Program-made: the position numbers and the translations under genes
Part shown: positions 51,979-64,000 of the stretch, one piece after another
How the letters are laid out: each line of letters opens with the position of its first letter
How positions within the stretch are numbered: the first letter of the stretch is position 1
Notes under the pieces: generated by a model
Told to the model about the DNA's origin: nothing
Database searches by the model: none
Seen by the model: the letters and a program-made list of their open reading frames with translations, nothing else
Assembly: GCA_051294905.1 (NCBI GenBank)
Contig: CM119379.1
Coordinates: 1,240,001-1,304,000 of the forward strand
Direction of reading: 5' to 3'
Length of the DNA: 64,000 nt
Origin: Botryllus schlosseri
Taxonomy: Eukaryota

Positions 51979-54900
51979 TCATTTCAACGGTTTCATTTCT
52001 TCTTCCTCTTCCAAGTCCACCTTCACGCCATTTCTGCGCTCGAACTTTCGACTGATTTCCTGGAAAGTTTGATTCTTCGTTTCCTCTACCACCATCCCGA
52101 TGTATGCTGTCACCACGGCGCTGACGATCAAGAAGACGAGGAAGACGTATTGATTCATGAATCTCTGAAAAGAGGATATATAGCAGAGATGAGCGGATTT
52201 GAAATTTCTATGTTCTAATCCAATCCAAATCCGAACCTTGAAATCCAAATCCTAATCCATAACTTTTTTTTATTCAAGTCCATGTCCAATCCTAATCCGA
52301 TTCCAACTGGAAATTCAGAAAAAATACTAATTTATGCAATGAAGGGATTCAAAAATTTTCTTTCACAATCAACGATTCACTTGATTCAAGATAACTTAGT
52401 AACCATAAGTACATAACTGATCTGAATAAAGTTTGTCGCCATTCGCCACACGACATTTCAATCTCCCAGAAAATAGGTAAATGCAATCCAAATCCTAATC
52501 CGTTCCGAAAAAAATGTCTAATCCAAATCCAATCCAAATCCGTCAAAATTTCACAAATCCTGTTTTTTCAAAACCTAATCCTAATCCATGCTCATCTCTG
52601 ATATATAGGCATCGATAAAGAGTCATCTCAGAGTTGATCTCCTGGCGGAGGTGCTTTTAAACGCACATTTTTCTGGCATCATCTCATCGTTGAATACCCA
52701 CCGCAAATTTTCATTCGTAATAAATCAATAAACAAGAAAAACGGTTGAATTGAAGATATAACACATCAGTGGCAGACCACACAGTGTGCTTTAACATATC
52801 AGATACTTACACATATTGAAATAAAGATTGACTCTGTACGAAATTGAATATCACAAGTTACGAATAAATATCACAAGTTCTTTTTGAGATACCTGCAGCA
52901 TCAATTTTAAATATTTGGGGAAGCGAGTGGCGCCGTGGTTACCACCAGCACGGTATCTATAAAGTCAGAATGAAATCTTGGGTCAGCCAATTAGTTTTTA
53001 GTTTTTTTATGCGGGCTTCCTCAACGCACATAGGTATTATGTTTCAAATGACAGAGATCTCTGATGGGTTGGTGACTATGTGGAGCGCTTTCTTCGCTTG
53101 CATGAAAAAAAATCCATCGTGATTTTGCAGTGTTGTAACTATAGAATGTAACACATGGAACGGCAATGACCGATTTTGCAGCTTCGTTCCGCTTCGCTGA
53201 GGCTGGATTTGAGAATTGTTTTGCGTAAGCGACTGTAGGATTACTGGCAATCCAAAAGCAATCTTCCCGAGCGCAGAATTTACTGAATCTGGTCTTAATC
53301 GAAAGCCACTGTCGCACCGATTCCGAAAATATACATTAGAATACAATCAGGTACTGATCCACGTAGAATCCGCCCTCCAAGTCTGAAATATCGGCATTGC
53401 TCGAACAATCGGAGAGTAGCAACGGGTCATTGTCATGGCCATTGTGTCGCGGTTATCCGATTGTTCTGAACAATGCACTTTTCAGATGTTGAGGGTAATT
53501 TTTCGTCAAAAACTGGAGCGTGACCTTAGTTTTATTCATATTTTTGGAATCAGTGCGACAATAGCTTTCGATCAAGACTAGATTCAGTAATTTCTGAGCT
53601 CGGGAAGATAACTTTTGGATTGCCAGAAATCCTACAGTCGCTTACGCAAAACAATTCTCCACTCCAGTCCAGCGAAGCGGAACGAAGCTGCAAAATCGAT
53701 CGTTGCCGTTCCATGTTTACATTGTATAGTTGTAACCAAGTCACAAGGTTCCGAGTCACAAGTCAATCTTGTTTTTATAGTTTTGACTCGAGTCATTTTC
53801 AATCCCCTATCGAGTTCAAGTCACGGAATTCACTGTGTTCATTATTGAGATCAAGACGGTCAACTCACTTCTGTGAAACTCTTGGTTATATCGAAGGTTT
53901 CGCATTCATGAAACACTCTTTTTTTCACTCTTAACATTTTATTAAATAGATAAGGTAGGGTTTTTTCGTTTATTTATCCAGTATCGGCCCTGACACCCGA
54001 TACACGAATACAGTCATATTGAATGTCTAGCAAGGAATAAGACTCGGTCAAATCATGCGAAATGACTGGAGTAGAAGTCGATTCAATACACAAATTGACT
54101 CTCGAGTCGTTTTCTATTTTTAAGAAAATGTCTCGAGTTAAGTAAAGGCAACGAGAAATTGCGACTCGAGACGGACTCTAGTCATTACAGCCCTATGCAA
54201 TTTAGCCGCAATTCACCATATCAGTCCTGTGTTCAAACAGGTCGCATTAACAAATGTGGACACGGATATAAGGGAACTTTGTGCAGGCAGCTATGTCCAC
54301 ACTTCGCATTGAGTTCTGAGTAAATAAGATTACACATTTATTACTGCATCTGACCCGATGTTCACGCCATACACGATGTGGTCGCGTTGCTGTTAAAATG
54401 TAGGTTTGTTACGAGAGTTGCATTTTGCGAACATTTTGTTTTAATGAATAATTTAAGTACAAAATTGTGCCTAAACGGTATCGCAAATCAAAGTCAAGTC
54501 GTTGATTTATTTTTGAAAGTTCAGGGTGACTATCAGCCAAACCGCGTTCCAGGTTCCCGGCATTTTTACTAGTACTTGTATTTGGGACGAGAGAACCTAT
54601 TAGAAATCTGTGGGATCGTGCGCAACATACGTGCGGGTGTGACTTTAAAAATCAATTACAATGTAATCCCTAATGAAATTAACGCGTCAGCGAAATCTTC
54701 GCGGGATAAGACTATACCTGCATGAACGGAAACACGAGTGCAACAACGACATTGAAAAACCAATTCAAACCGCATCCCAGAGACAGGGCAGCTGGACGAG
54801 CTGATTGTCGGAACATTTCCGCTGTTAATATCCAACAAATCGGACCTGAAAATGACGTTTCTTGTTTATAAAAGATATGTTTTGAGAGATATGGCAATGC

Positions 54901-57900
54901 CATATACATATTCGGTTGGTTCCCTTTGGTTAGGTAGTTGCCGACGTTAGATGTAATCAGAAGCTACTTTGTTCGAAGCAATATAGTAGAATTAAACGAC
55001 TAGGGAATTTTCAGGTTTTACAAATTAGATTAGAATATGAATTATAGCTACACATATATATGCAAATTAAATTACAATTGGGGCAACACATTTTTTTTCA
55101 AATTAGTTTAGAATTAGAATTATCGAATTCGTGAAAATTTGGGAATTGAATCAAATTCAGTTCAAAGCGTATGATAGGAAATATTAGCGATGGTGTGAAC
55201 CTCTGAAAGGGTCAGGTTCGTGTGAACGCGAACCTTTTTGAAAGGTTCTGTGTGAACGCGAACGTGAACCTCATGACGTCACGTGACGTCATATTGCTAA
55301 TGTTAGCCCTGCATTTCAGTGAATGCCAAACATAATGCCAAAATGCTGAAGTAGCCTACGTATTGACGTATTAAACGTCGCCAAATGTATTAACTGGGGC
55401 AATCAAATGATATAATAATCCCATAAATAATATCTTCCGTCGCTTTGCCAACAATTTCGACGAGGATACTTGCAAGTGAGTATAAGCTCACGCCTTAACG
55501 GTATAGGCCAGACCGAACAATGTATTCGGCGTGTGGGTATTGCGAGTTGCGACGTTGATATTGAGCAGTGTAAGACGGGTTTCTGTACGTGCTACGGATA
55601 ATACTATAACTAGTTATACAGCAGTAGCCAACACCCCAATCGCACGGATTTGGTTTTTATGATACAATAAACATCTGAAATCGAGATTGACCCCGTACGC
55701 CTACAAGATTTTTATTTACATCGGACAATGATATCAATTTCATTGATTGGTTGAATAAGCATCATTCGCTGACTACCTACATGTAGTGTATTTCGTTCTT
55801 GATGTTGTGAGATTGCGGGTCAAGCTCACAGCAGAGAGGCACTAAATATTCACAAACGGAAGCTGGCTATTTCGAGCAAATTTTCGTAACAAAGCAGTTA
55901 CAATTTTTGAGATTGTCAAGGTGCATGCTCGTTTAGTGTTGATTTTTATGCTGCCAGCGCCATGCATAGAGTGGCCCGCAGTTGAAATGCAATAAATTTC
56001 AACCAAAGATGTTATAATGAAGTAAAAATTGTAATATATGAAAAAGGTTCCCAGTGCAGAACCTACCGAGGTTCGTTTGTGAACGTGAACCTCTAAATTT
56101 TCGAGGTTCACACACAGAACGCGAACGTGAACCTCACGTTCACACCATCGCTATAGGAAATATCTGAACAGCACACTTATTGGCTCGTTTCGCGCGATAC
56201 AGAAAAGAAACAATTTACAAATTAGATTGGCATTAGATTACCACTATAGTTCGTTCTCATTTGTCTGATTATAGACAATTAGAAATATGTAGTTATCCAA
56301 GTCTACAACATAAGCCTATATTTCAATTGGCATTCAACCTTCTTAGCGAAAAGAGTGCATATTCACACCCGCGCACTACACGTGATATACGGGTGAGAAT
56401 ATATAATACACCCGTAGTACTCAAAAGCAAAACCTATACCTCAGACTAACACCGCGGTATACATCAAATACAATATCTTAATCCAAATGATGGTTGCAAG
56501 TAAGGACGTATGGATTTACAACAGCGATATAACTCCGAGCTACGTCATGTCTTCGTGTACCACCCTTTAGGTGTGAAGACCTACTCCTAACAGTGTATCA
56601 AAATTGGAAACGCGATAGTCCAGTGACTAATAGTTGGAGAATTCGATAACACTTACCTGGACCTATGGCAAAGCCGGTAATAAAGATAAATACAGACACG
56701 ATGCTAATATACTGCATAGCAGGTGAGACATGGAGTAAGGAAAGAGACAGCGTCAGTAGAACGTGCGATCCTGTAGCGACAGCCCACCCCCAAAACAGCA
56801 GAGGCTTGCGTCCAGCTTTTTCGATCACGCTTACCTAAACGACATTACATCTGTGGACTGCGTCTACAGTCGAAGCGACTCGGATCTTACTGAAACAATG
56901 GTTAAAAGGACGTTATAAACTCCAACTCCGACGGAAATGTAATTTCTGCTGTCTGGGTCGACTTGAGCAGTTTCCAGGATGGTGTTGAGGTAGAAAAATA
57001 CCTGAAAGTGATTTAGAAATTACAATTATTACGGTTTGCGGCCGTGATGCGGAATAGGGTTCGGTGATTGAGATAACCCGAGGTGGGTGTCTGATCTAAA
57101 ATACTACTCCATATCGTTTCGAAACCTTCCTATCTCTTCATTGTATCGCAGTTTTGTGGTGTTTCGAAATGATGAAAATATTAATAAACTGATACTGATA
57201 CGCGTTCGAGTAAATCGCTCAGAAAATGTATCATATATTTTTATATAAACCCTGATGCGGTATAAAAACAAATCATGTTGCATTCATAGATAAGGATTTA
57301 CATCCAATTTATGTGTTGGGCGTAGTCACCTTCTATAAAAATATAACAGCAATATCAGGGATAGAACTGTAGGCCTATATCCCTGAGCAATAGACAAAAT
57401 ATTTTATTTCAAAATATGTCTTTTTTTGAAATCACACTGCTTGGTTCAGCGTATGTATTATCCGCCGCTGGCAAAGCCGAGAATTGATGCTTAAAATTCA
57501 TCGTCCCTATGGTTGAAACGTTCTACATGCACGAGGTCGAACAGTCATATCAACCTAATATTTTCTATTGTAATTCTGAAAGAGAGATACGAGGATTTCA
57601 AGTGACTTTTACGTCACAATGGAAGATTCGTGACGTTATTGTGGTACGAAATCGAAGTCCACTACATTTGATTCGTTGTGTGTGCCATATTAACTATTTA
57701 TACATGATGTGATGTCAAATAACGCCCACGCTGATCGAACCGATCGCCCGATTATGATATACATTTAAACGCAAAATCAACAATTGTAGAGCATAGCTAA
57801 CAGTAAGCAACAGACAGCAGGCACAGTATTTGCCCTATTATAAAGAATCTATTACAAATTTCTTGGGAAAAGAGGACAAATCCTCTTAAAAGAAGACATA

Positions 57901-60506
57901 TGGTAGGCCTATTCTTGAACCTGATATGGGACTTCGTGTACAGCTCATTAGAAACCTATAAAGTATGCGTTATCTGCAATGCAATATGCGGAGTGATCTT
58001 ACTGCGTTAATCCCGGTCAACGGCTGGCCGATTTGAATGACGCAGACCGTGTAGATTTGCCAGCGTATGGTTCGGTCCCGAAGAATTTGCAAGACCGACA
58101 TCTGAGATTCCGCAGAATCGGCACTCGCTTCGTTTTTCATTTCGTCGATTTCCGCCTCGACGTCGCTCGTGCCACGCAGTCTTTTTAGTGCTGTAACAGG
58201 CAATGTGGTCCCGGTTGGATTTCGCTATACATTTACGTGAAACTAGAATTTTACAATTAGAAAAAATTCAGCTTTTACAAATTAGAATAGAATTAGAATG
58301 ATGGCTACACAGTTTTCCCATATGAGATCAGGATCTGAATTATTGAATTCGCAAAAACGTGGAATTTAATTTGCGAATTAGAAAGAAATACTTTACAAAA
58401 GTCAAGTTCCGTTGATATCAAATCAGATTTCACTCTTCCAAGGATGAGAATGACAAATGTATGTACACAAATCTTAGCCCGTTTCGCAAAACACAGTTCG
58501 CCTGTAGTTAGGGTTGCAATTAAAACAAACGGTGTTTTAAACCACTTTTTTAAAACAGGATTCAAACAGCGTTTGAAACAAATCCCTTTTTGAAAAAAAC
58601 AATATTTTTTTCACGCACGTTATCCAATTATTCTATAATTGTGTAAATACGTCCGACGAAACAGAGTACGGACGATTTTCACCCAAAATAGTCGAGGTAT
58701 GTGGGATCGCTGGAACCTTCGAAATCGTCGCCGGTTCAACAGTTCTTGCACGTAGATACAGATCATTGGTACGAAATGAGTGTTCTGATGATAGTGACCG
58801 CCGACCGTAAAAATGCAGCATAAAAATGTAGTCTTGATTAAAGATATTTTTGGTCTGTTTATGACAGTGATTGAACGCACTTTTCGTCGAAGGAGCCATG
58901 TCCTCATGGCCATGACCTCATGGCTAACACAAAAAAATAAAAAACATGTTTTAAACAAATGTCTTGTATTAAACAGGTTTGTTTTAAATTGATTTTTTGT
59001 TTTAAATACAACCCTATACCTGTAGTATTTTCAGGAAAATCGAAAATAAGATTAAAATTAAAATTCGAGCATAGACACATTTCATAAATTAGATCGGAAG
59101 TTGAATAACTCAATTCCCCAAAACTTGGAAACAGAATAAAATTCAAAATCAAAACGAAATACAACAAAAGTCATCTTCAGCTCATATCAAATCAGAATTA
59201 ATTATCAAACGTATAAGAATGACAAATCTTGGCAGGCGAAGCTTGGTCCGCTTCGCAATGCATAATTATCCTGTACCATTTTCCGGAAAATCAGAAATTT
59301 TATCATAGTGAAGCTTGAGAAAATAGAAACATTTCGCAAATTAGATTTCGCTTTAATGAGTATAATTGAACAACCGAATCTATTTATTTGTCCGAGACTG
59401 CTTTGAACAACAACTCTGATCTCTTTCCCACTTTGATTCCTGCGCTCTCTCGGTCAGAAGGTAAATGGTATTGAACTTACCGTCCCTGGCCGCGTCCTCG
59501 TCCTTTTTGTCGATTAACAGGCACCTCGGACTTTCGGGACAAAACGGAAGCACGGCGAGCTCGATCAAAGACGGCACGCAAGTGAAAGCAAGCAGTAAAT
59601 TCCATAGCTCCGGAGTGCCGATTATCTCAGTAAGACTGAGTACTTGCCCGGCCAGTAGACCTGAGAACGGTAAACGTAGCACATGATAAATAACCTATAG
59701 GCCGACGATATGGTCTCTTTTAGGACGATTTGCCTTATTTTCTGAAAAAAGTGAATGGTCTTCCGAGGACGCTAGAAAATGTCCAAAGGTCATCTTTTCA
59801 CCCATTTCGAGTTAGAAACTTATATTTCAACATGACAATTAGGCGAGACGTTTTATTTATTTCCCAAAAGTACTGTATCCATGACACATGCTGAATTCCT
59901 AGTTTAAAATAGGATTTAAAATAATCTGACTCATCAGCTCCACCTTCTCAATTGTTATTGCAAACATCGGTCGACGTTCTCAGAGACCTTTTTACATGCG
60001 AGGATCTGTAGCAATTTGTCAGGCGCAAGTTTGAACTGAACAGTTATGTTAAGATCAGTTTCGAGCATCTTCACGGTCGTATATTTTTCAATGACCTTTC
60101 GTGTGAACAATCTCACGGGCTCGGTAAAAACGATCACTCCTTATTGTCAAAGGATAAAGGAACAGTAAAGTGTGAGCTTAATCTGAAAAATTTGTAGATA
60201 AAAATAAAAATATATATAATTTGTCGTTTTTGTGTCTGTTTTTGTAATTCTGCTTCGCTTTGCTTCAAAAACTTTAGCCTGAAACTACCAAGGAAATATA
60301 AAACATCATTGAACTCGAACGTAACAATTCTGCTTTCGCTGAAAATATGTTGCGCCTACACAATAACCAGATAGTCATCACTGAAGTACAGCACGCGCGA
60401 AACTTACCTACTGTAATGAGCAATTGGTTAAGAGCCATGACTGCTCCCCGGTATTGTTTAGGTGAAATTTCCCCGATATACATTGGCACGACACCGGTCG
60501 CGAGGC
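51979..60506 (-). CDS. SLC2A: SLC2A/GLUT-family facilitative hexose transporter, 3' seven coding exons: 60408-60506, 59481-59660, 58003-58190, 56891-57001, 56657-56834, 54718-54845, 51979-52164; 5' exons not found in window
   Basis: Phase-consistent splicing gives GVVPMYIGEISPKQYRG, LPFCPESPR, LRGTSDV, GINAVFFY, IEKAGRKPL, GPGPICW..AEMFRQSARPAA and ETKNQTF, all sugar-porter motifs. All introns are GT-AG. The paralog is not assignable. Confidence 0.93.
53140..53728. mobile_element. Second copy of the palindromic MITE
   Basis: Same arms; perfect 8-bp TSD GTTGTAAC (53132-53139, 53729-53736). Confidence 0.85.
55185..56153. mobile_element. TIR element with GTGAAC subterminal repeats in an SLC2A intron; inverted sister copy 63354-64000 runs off the window
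   Basis: TIR TAGCGATGGTGTGAAC / GTTCACACCATCGCTA; flanked by a 10-bp direct repeat TAGGAAATAT. Confidence 0.82.
57081..57201 (+). mobile_element. Short 3'-end remnant of the L2/Crack-type LINE (or derived SINE)
   Basis: GGTGGGTGTC...CTACTCC...TTCATTGTATCGCA.TTTTGTGGTGT...TAATAAAC aligns by eye to the reverse complement of 39195-39310. Confidence 0.7.
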
Positions 60507-61356
60507 CTGTAATGATTAAGAAGAGACGTAACAGACTGGACAATCGGACGATTCTATAGGTACGGATACCCCCATGTACCTCTCAGGCATGACGATATTA
60601 AATTCTGGACTACGACTAGGAATCGCACATACATATTTCAAATATTAGTTTACCAGATTGAAAAGCATCGCTACAGCTTGGCCACAGCATCATCAAATGA
60701 CCGACAATAGGTTTGCGATTAAAAAGAGAATAGCGGGCTAGAATCAACAATTTAATTCTAGAGCAGGGGTTCTCAAAGGGTGTGCCATGGCCCATTGGTG
60801 GGCCACATGAGAAATTTGAGTCAGGCCACAGAACTATTTGGACAATTGTAGAATTAGTGAAAGTATGGTTGCATTTTTTTGATCACATATTCAAAAATAT
60901 ATTGATGTTATCCAATTATGCGTATGCTACATAAAGCTTTTCATCCGACTCTGATGAGACTTAGAGGCACGTATGGAGTCTGAAATGCACAAGTCGAAAT
61001 GGGAGGGGCCTTTGTCTCCCCCAGCTATGACAACCTCCGGCCGACAGCAGCGAAAATAATTTTGATTATATAATCAGGGATATCTAGAACTTCTAAATAT
61101 CCCTGTATATAATAACTGAAAAGTATATGCTGAAATAGCCAAGTGTTCCGGCAGGGTCATACGTCGTATGCCAATGAAAAGTGTGTGTATTAAGCTTTGA
61201 CTGAAGTTGATTTTATGTAGATATACGATACTTCAGCAGGTGGTATTATAGTAACATAGAAAATAGCCACAATTGCCGTTTATTATCAATTTTCAACTTC
61301 CGGTGGAAGTATACAGCACCAACGAAACGAATCGTAATGGGTTGAGGAGTTGGCAC

Positions 61357-61512
61357 CAGGGCTTTGGAGCCGGAGCCGGAGCCCGGAGCCAGAGCCCAGG
61401 AGCCGTTAACTTTTACCGGAGCTGGAGCCGGAGCCGGAGCTCTACATAAAATTTAGCCGGAGCCGGAGCCGGAGCTGGAGCCAGTTAATTGAGCGGTAGC
61501 TCCGGCTCCGAC
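61357..61512. repeat. GGAGCC hexamer array, probably the subterminal repeats of a hAT-type element end
   Basis: CAGGGCTTT followed by many GGAGCC/GGAGCT units. Confidence 0.55.
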
Positions 61513-62740
61513 GTATTTCATAACATGCTATTATATATGCAACTACGATATCTGCTGAGCTCACATAATTCAACAGCAGGCTTTCGCGAAAAATAAGAAT
61601 CTTAATCCTCTTTAGCGCTACCTTTTCCGACTAACCAGGTTCCTGGGGATTTAACAGCAGAGCAGTCATATATTCAATGTTCAATTTTCATACATGACTG
61701 GCGACCCTTGGTATGCGAAATATGCCTGTGAATATTGTGGGTATTCGGCATACCCGCAATTTCATCATCAGCACAACCTTGTTGGCCAATTGTATACGGT
61801 TTCAAAATAATGATCACTATGTATTATGCGAAATGGGAGAGAGCATAAAAACGTAATTTCGTTGCACATGTCAAAATGACGAGAACGAGCCGAGAAATTC
61901 CTACTTATCGTTGTTATGAATCGGATGAGCAAATACTCGTCCTTTCGCGATAGTTCTTTAATCGGGCCGCGAGATTGGACAGCGTTATTGAGTATGCAAT
62001 TATGCATGCTAATTTGAATTCATTACTGCGCATCATCGTCCTTCACTCTTCTAAGGATTTTCGAGCGTAAATAGAGGATGGCAGAAGAGTAGCCCAAAAC
62101 CCCATGGTTGGAGACGAATTACTGATTTGATACGCGATTTCCAATTTATAATCATCTGTTTCGTTAATTCATCCTTGATGTCTGCTTGATACTCTAGTAT
62201 TCCCGGATTATCTTGCACTGTGACTTGTAAATGTGTGTAAATGTAAATTCGATTATTCGATTTGTTTCGACCAGAAAGTATTATATTCAGATAAACTTGA
62301 TCGACACCGGATGGACTAGTAACGAGTGCACCAATATCAAACGTCAAACCATTGGCCATTTGGCACAAATCGAATTTCTATTGATCACGTCGTTATATCC
62401 GGCCATATTGCTCTTACTACAGTTACAGTTGAATAATAATCGCACATTTAAAAATTGAATTGAGCTGTATGGCTTAATCGTAACGAGTACAGTGCCAGTG
62501 TTAAAACGCCGCATCAGATTTTATTGCTGTACACAGCAATGGCACGGAGTAAAGTGCGTTCTAGTGCAACTATGATGTTATCGACAATTGACAATCGACA
62601 ATTGACAATTCATTATGTCGTCACAAGCCGGTACGGCGGCACCTATGTCTTCGTTGCTGCATCCGATGTTACTGACGGCTGACAGACTCTAGATTACGAT
62701 AGATAACTAACCTACAGGTAAATTAGTAATCTATATAGAC

Positions 62741-63230
62741 CAGAGGTGGTCAACGTTTTCGGCTAAAGGGCCACATGAAATTGACGAACGAGTGCGCTAC
62801 CCACTACACGACTACAGCCTCGCAAGGCGCGTAAAATTTTCAAAGTTAATATTATTATTACTTGGGTATATTGCGGGTCGACTGTATACCGCCCGCTGGG
62901 CTCAGTTTGCAATGACAGGACTATTCGGCATCTCGACATAAGATTTCCGCCAATATACGACAATCATTTTGTGCCTACATTTCATCGCCGACAATCTTTC
63001 TGCGAGCGCAAACGCGAAAATACTTTCTCTTGCAATTACGAATATAGTTAGACTCAATCGGCTAAATCAGGCGTTTTCATTTTCAGGGGGGGGGTAGGCT
63101 ACAAAGAAAGAAATAGTGTGAAGAAACAATTTTACTACTATTTTAGTTTATTGTTATGTATGACGATTTACTAAATATGTGACTGGACCCTGGATCTGCC
63201 AATGCGTCGAAACTGATATTTTACACTGTA
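62741..63230. mobile_element. Sister copy of the 38834 hAT MITE; right end not recognised
   Basis: Starts CAGAGGTGGTCAAC; shares blocks such as GCTGGGCTCAGTTTGCAA, TCTTTCTGCGAGCGCAAACGC, GAATATAGTTAGACTCAATC and GGATCTGCCAATGCGT. Confidence 0.75.
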
Positions 63231-63353
63231 AATATTTTTCTGTTTTCAAAAGCATAAAAGATATCACGTTTCATGTTCAAAAAGACATCACAATAAAATG
63301 TGCTTGATGCTGTGTATAATGTGATTTATGAATTATGTGCTATATATATTTAG

Positions 63354-64000
63354 TAGGGATGGTGTGAACGTGAGGTTCACGTTCGTGTTCTGTGTGTGAA
63401 CCTCGGAAAATTTGAGGTTCGCGTTCACAACAGAACCTTGGTAGGTTCTGCACTGTGAACCTTTTTCATATATTGCAATTTTCACTTCATTATAACATAT
63501 TTGGTTCAAATTTATTGACTTTCAACTGCGGGCCACTCAATGCATGGGGCTGGCAGCATAAACATTCAACACTAAGCAGAGCATGCCCTTGACAATCTCA
63601 AAAATGTAGTTGTATTGTTACAAACGTTTGCTCGAAATATCCAGCCTTCCGTTTGTGCATATTTAGTGTCTCTGTGCTGTGAGCTTGACCCGCAATCACA
63701 TGACATCAAGAGCGAAATACAATGTATTTTGTCAGCAAATGATCCTTATTCAACCAATCAATGAGATTGATATCGTCTTCCGATGTAAGAATCTAGCAGG
63801 CGTACGGGGTCAATCTTGACTGCATAAGTATACTGTATCATAAAAACCAAATCGGCGACTGGGGTGTTGGCTATACTGCTGTAATAACTTGTTAATCGGT
63901 AGCAAGTATAGAAACCCATTTTACACTCTGCTCAATATCCATGTGGCAATACTCAGACGCCGAATACATTGTCCGATCAGGTCGAAATTGTTGGCAAAGT
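63354..64000. mobile_element. Inverted sister copy of the 55185-56153 element (partial)
   Basis: Begins TAGGGATGGTGTGAACGTGAGGTTCACG and follows the reverse complement of ~55440-56153. Confidence 0.8.

Noticed and set aside
48008-53934. Several similar 70-120 aa ORFs at ~48.0-49.0 kb and 53.0-53.9 kb suggesting a small gene family
   Set aside because: All arise from the two palindromic MITE copies read on both strands; none has homology or splice support.
60507-64000. Upstream SLC2A exons (TM1-4)
   Set aside because: No segment with GRK/GRR or TM1-4 sugar-porter motifs and suitable splice sites was found by eye; they probably lie beyond the window.

Overview
Eukaryotic (metazoan invertebrate) genomic DNA. 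It is AT-rich, has spliceosomal introns down to ~56 bp and is very dense in non-autonomous DNA transposons; an ascidian-like source is only a guess. Three minus-strand genes can be reconstructed by hand. (1) A MAGI-family scaffold (PDZ0-GK-WW-WW-PDZ1-5) of 24 coding exons over 2766-32065, ~1119 aa, with all splice phases consistent and one GC-AG intron. (2) An intronless UNC50 at 34326-35174. (3) The last seven coding exons of an SLC2A/GLUT-family transporter at 51979-60506, whose 5' part was not found in the window. Between UNC50 and the transporter lies a three-layer nested insertion: a hAT-type MITE (8-bp TSD) contains a 5'-truncated L2/Crack-type LINE, which in turn contains a full-length, two-ORF I/Nimb-type LINE with a perfect 15-bp TSD. 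MAGI intron 1 holds a 2.6-kb hAT-related element built from two transposase-3'-end halves joined in inverted orientation (~1.08-kb arms) and flanked by a perfect 8-bp TSD. Several other foldback/palindromic MITE families occur, one of them inside the predicted UNC50 3' UTR. No tRNA, rRNA or CRISPR features were supported. All family assignments are from recalled motifs, not database searches.
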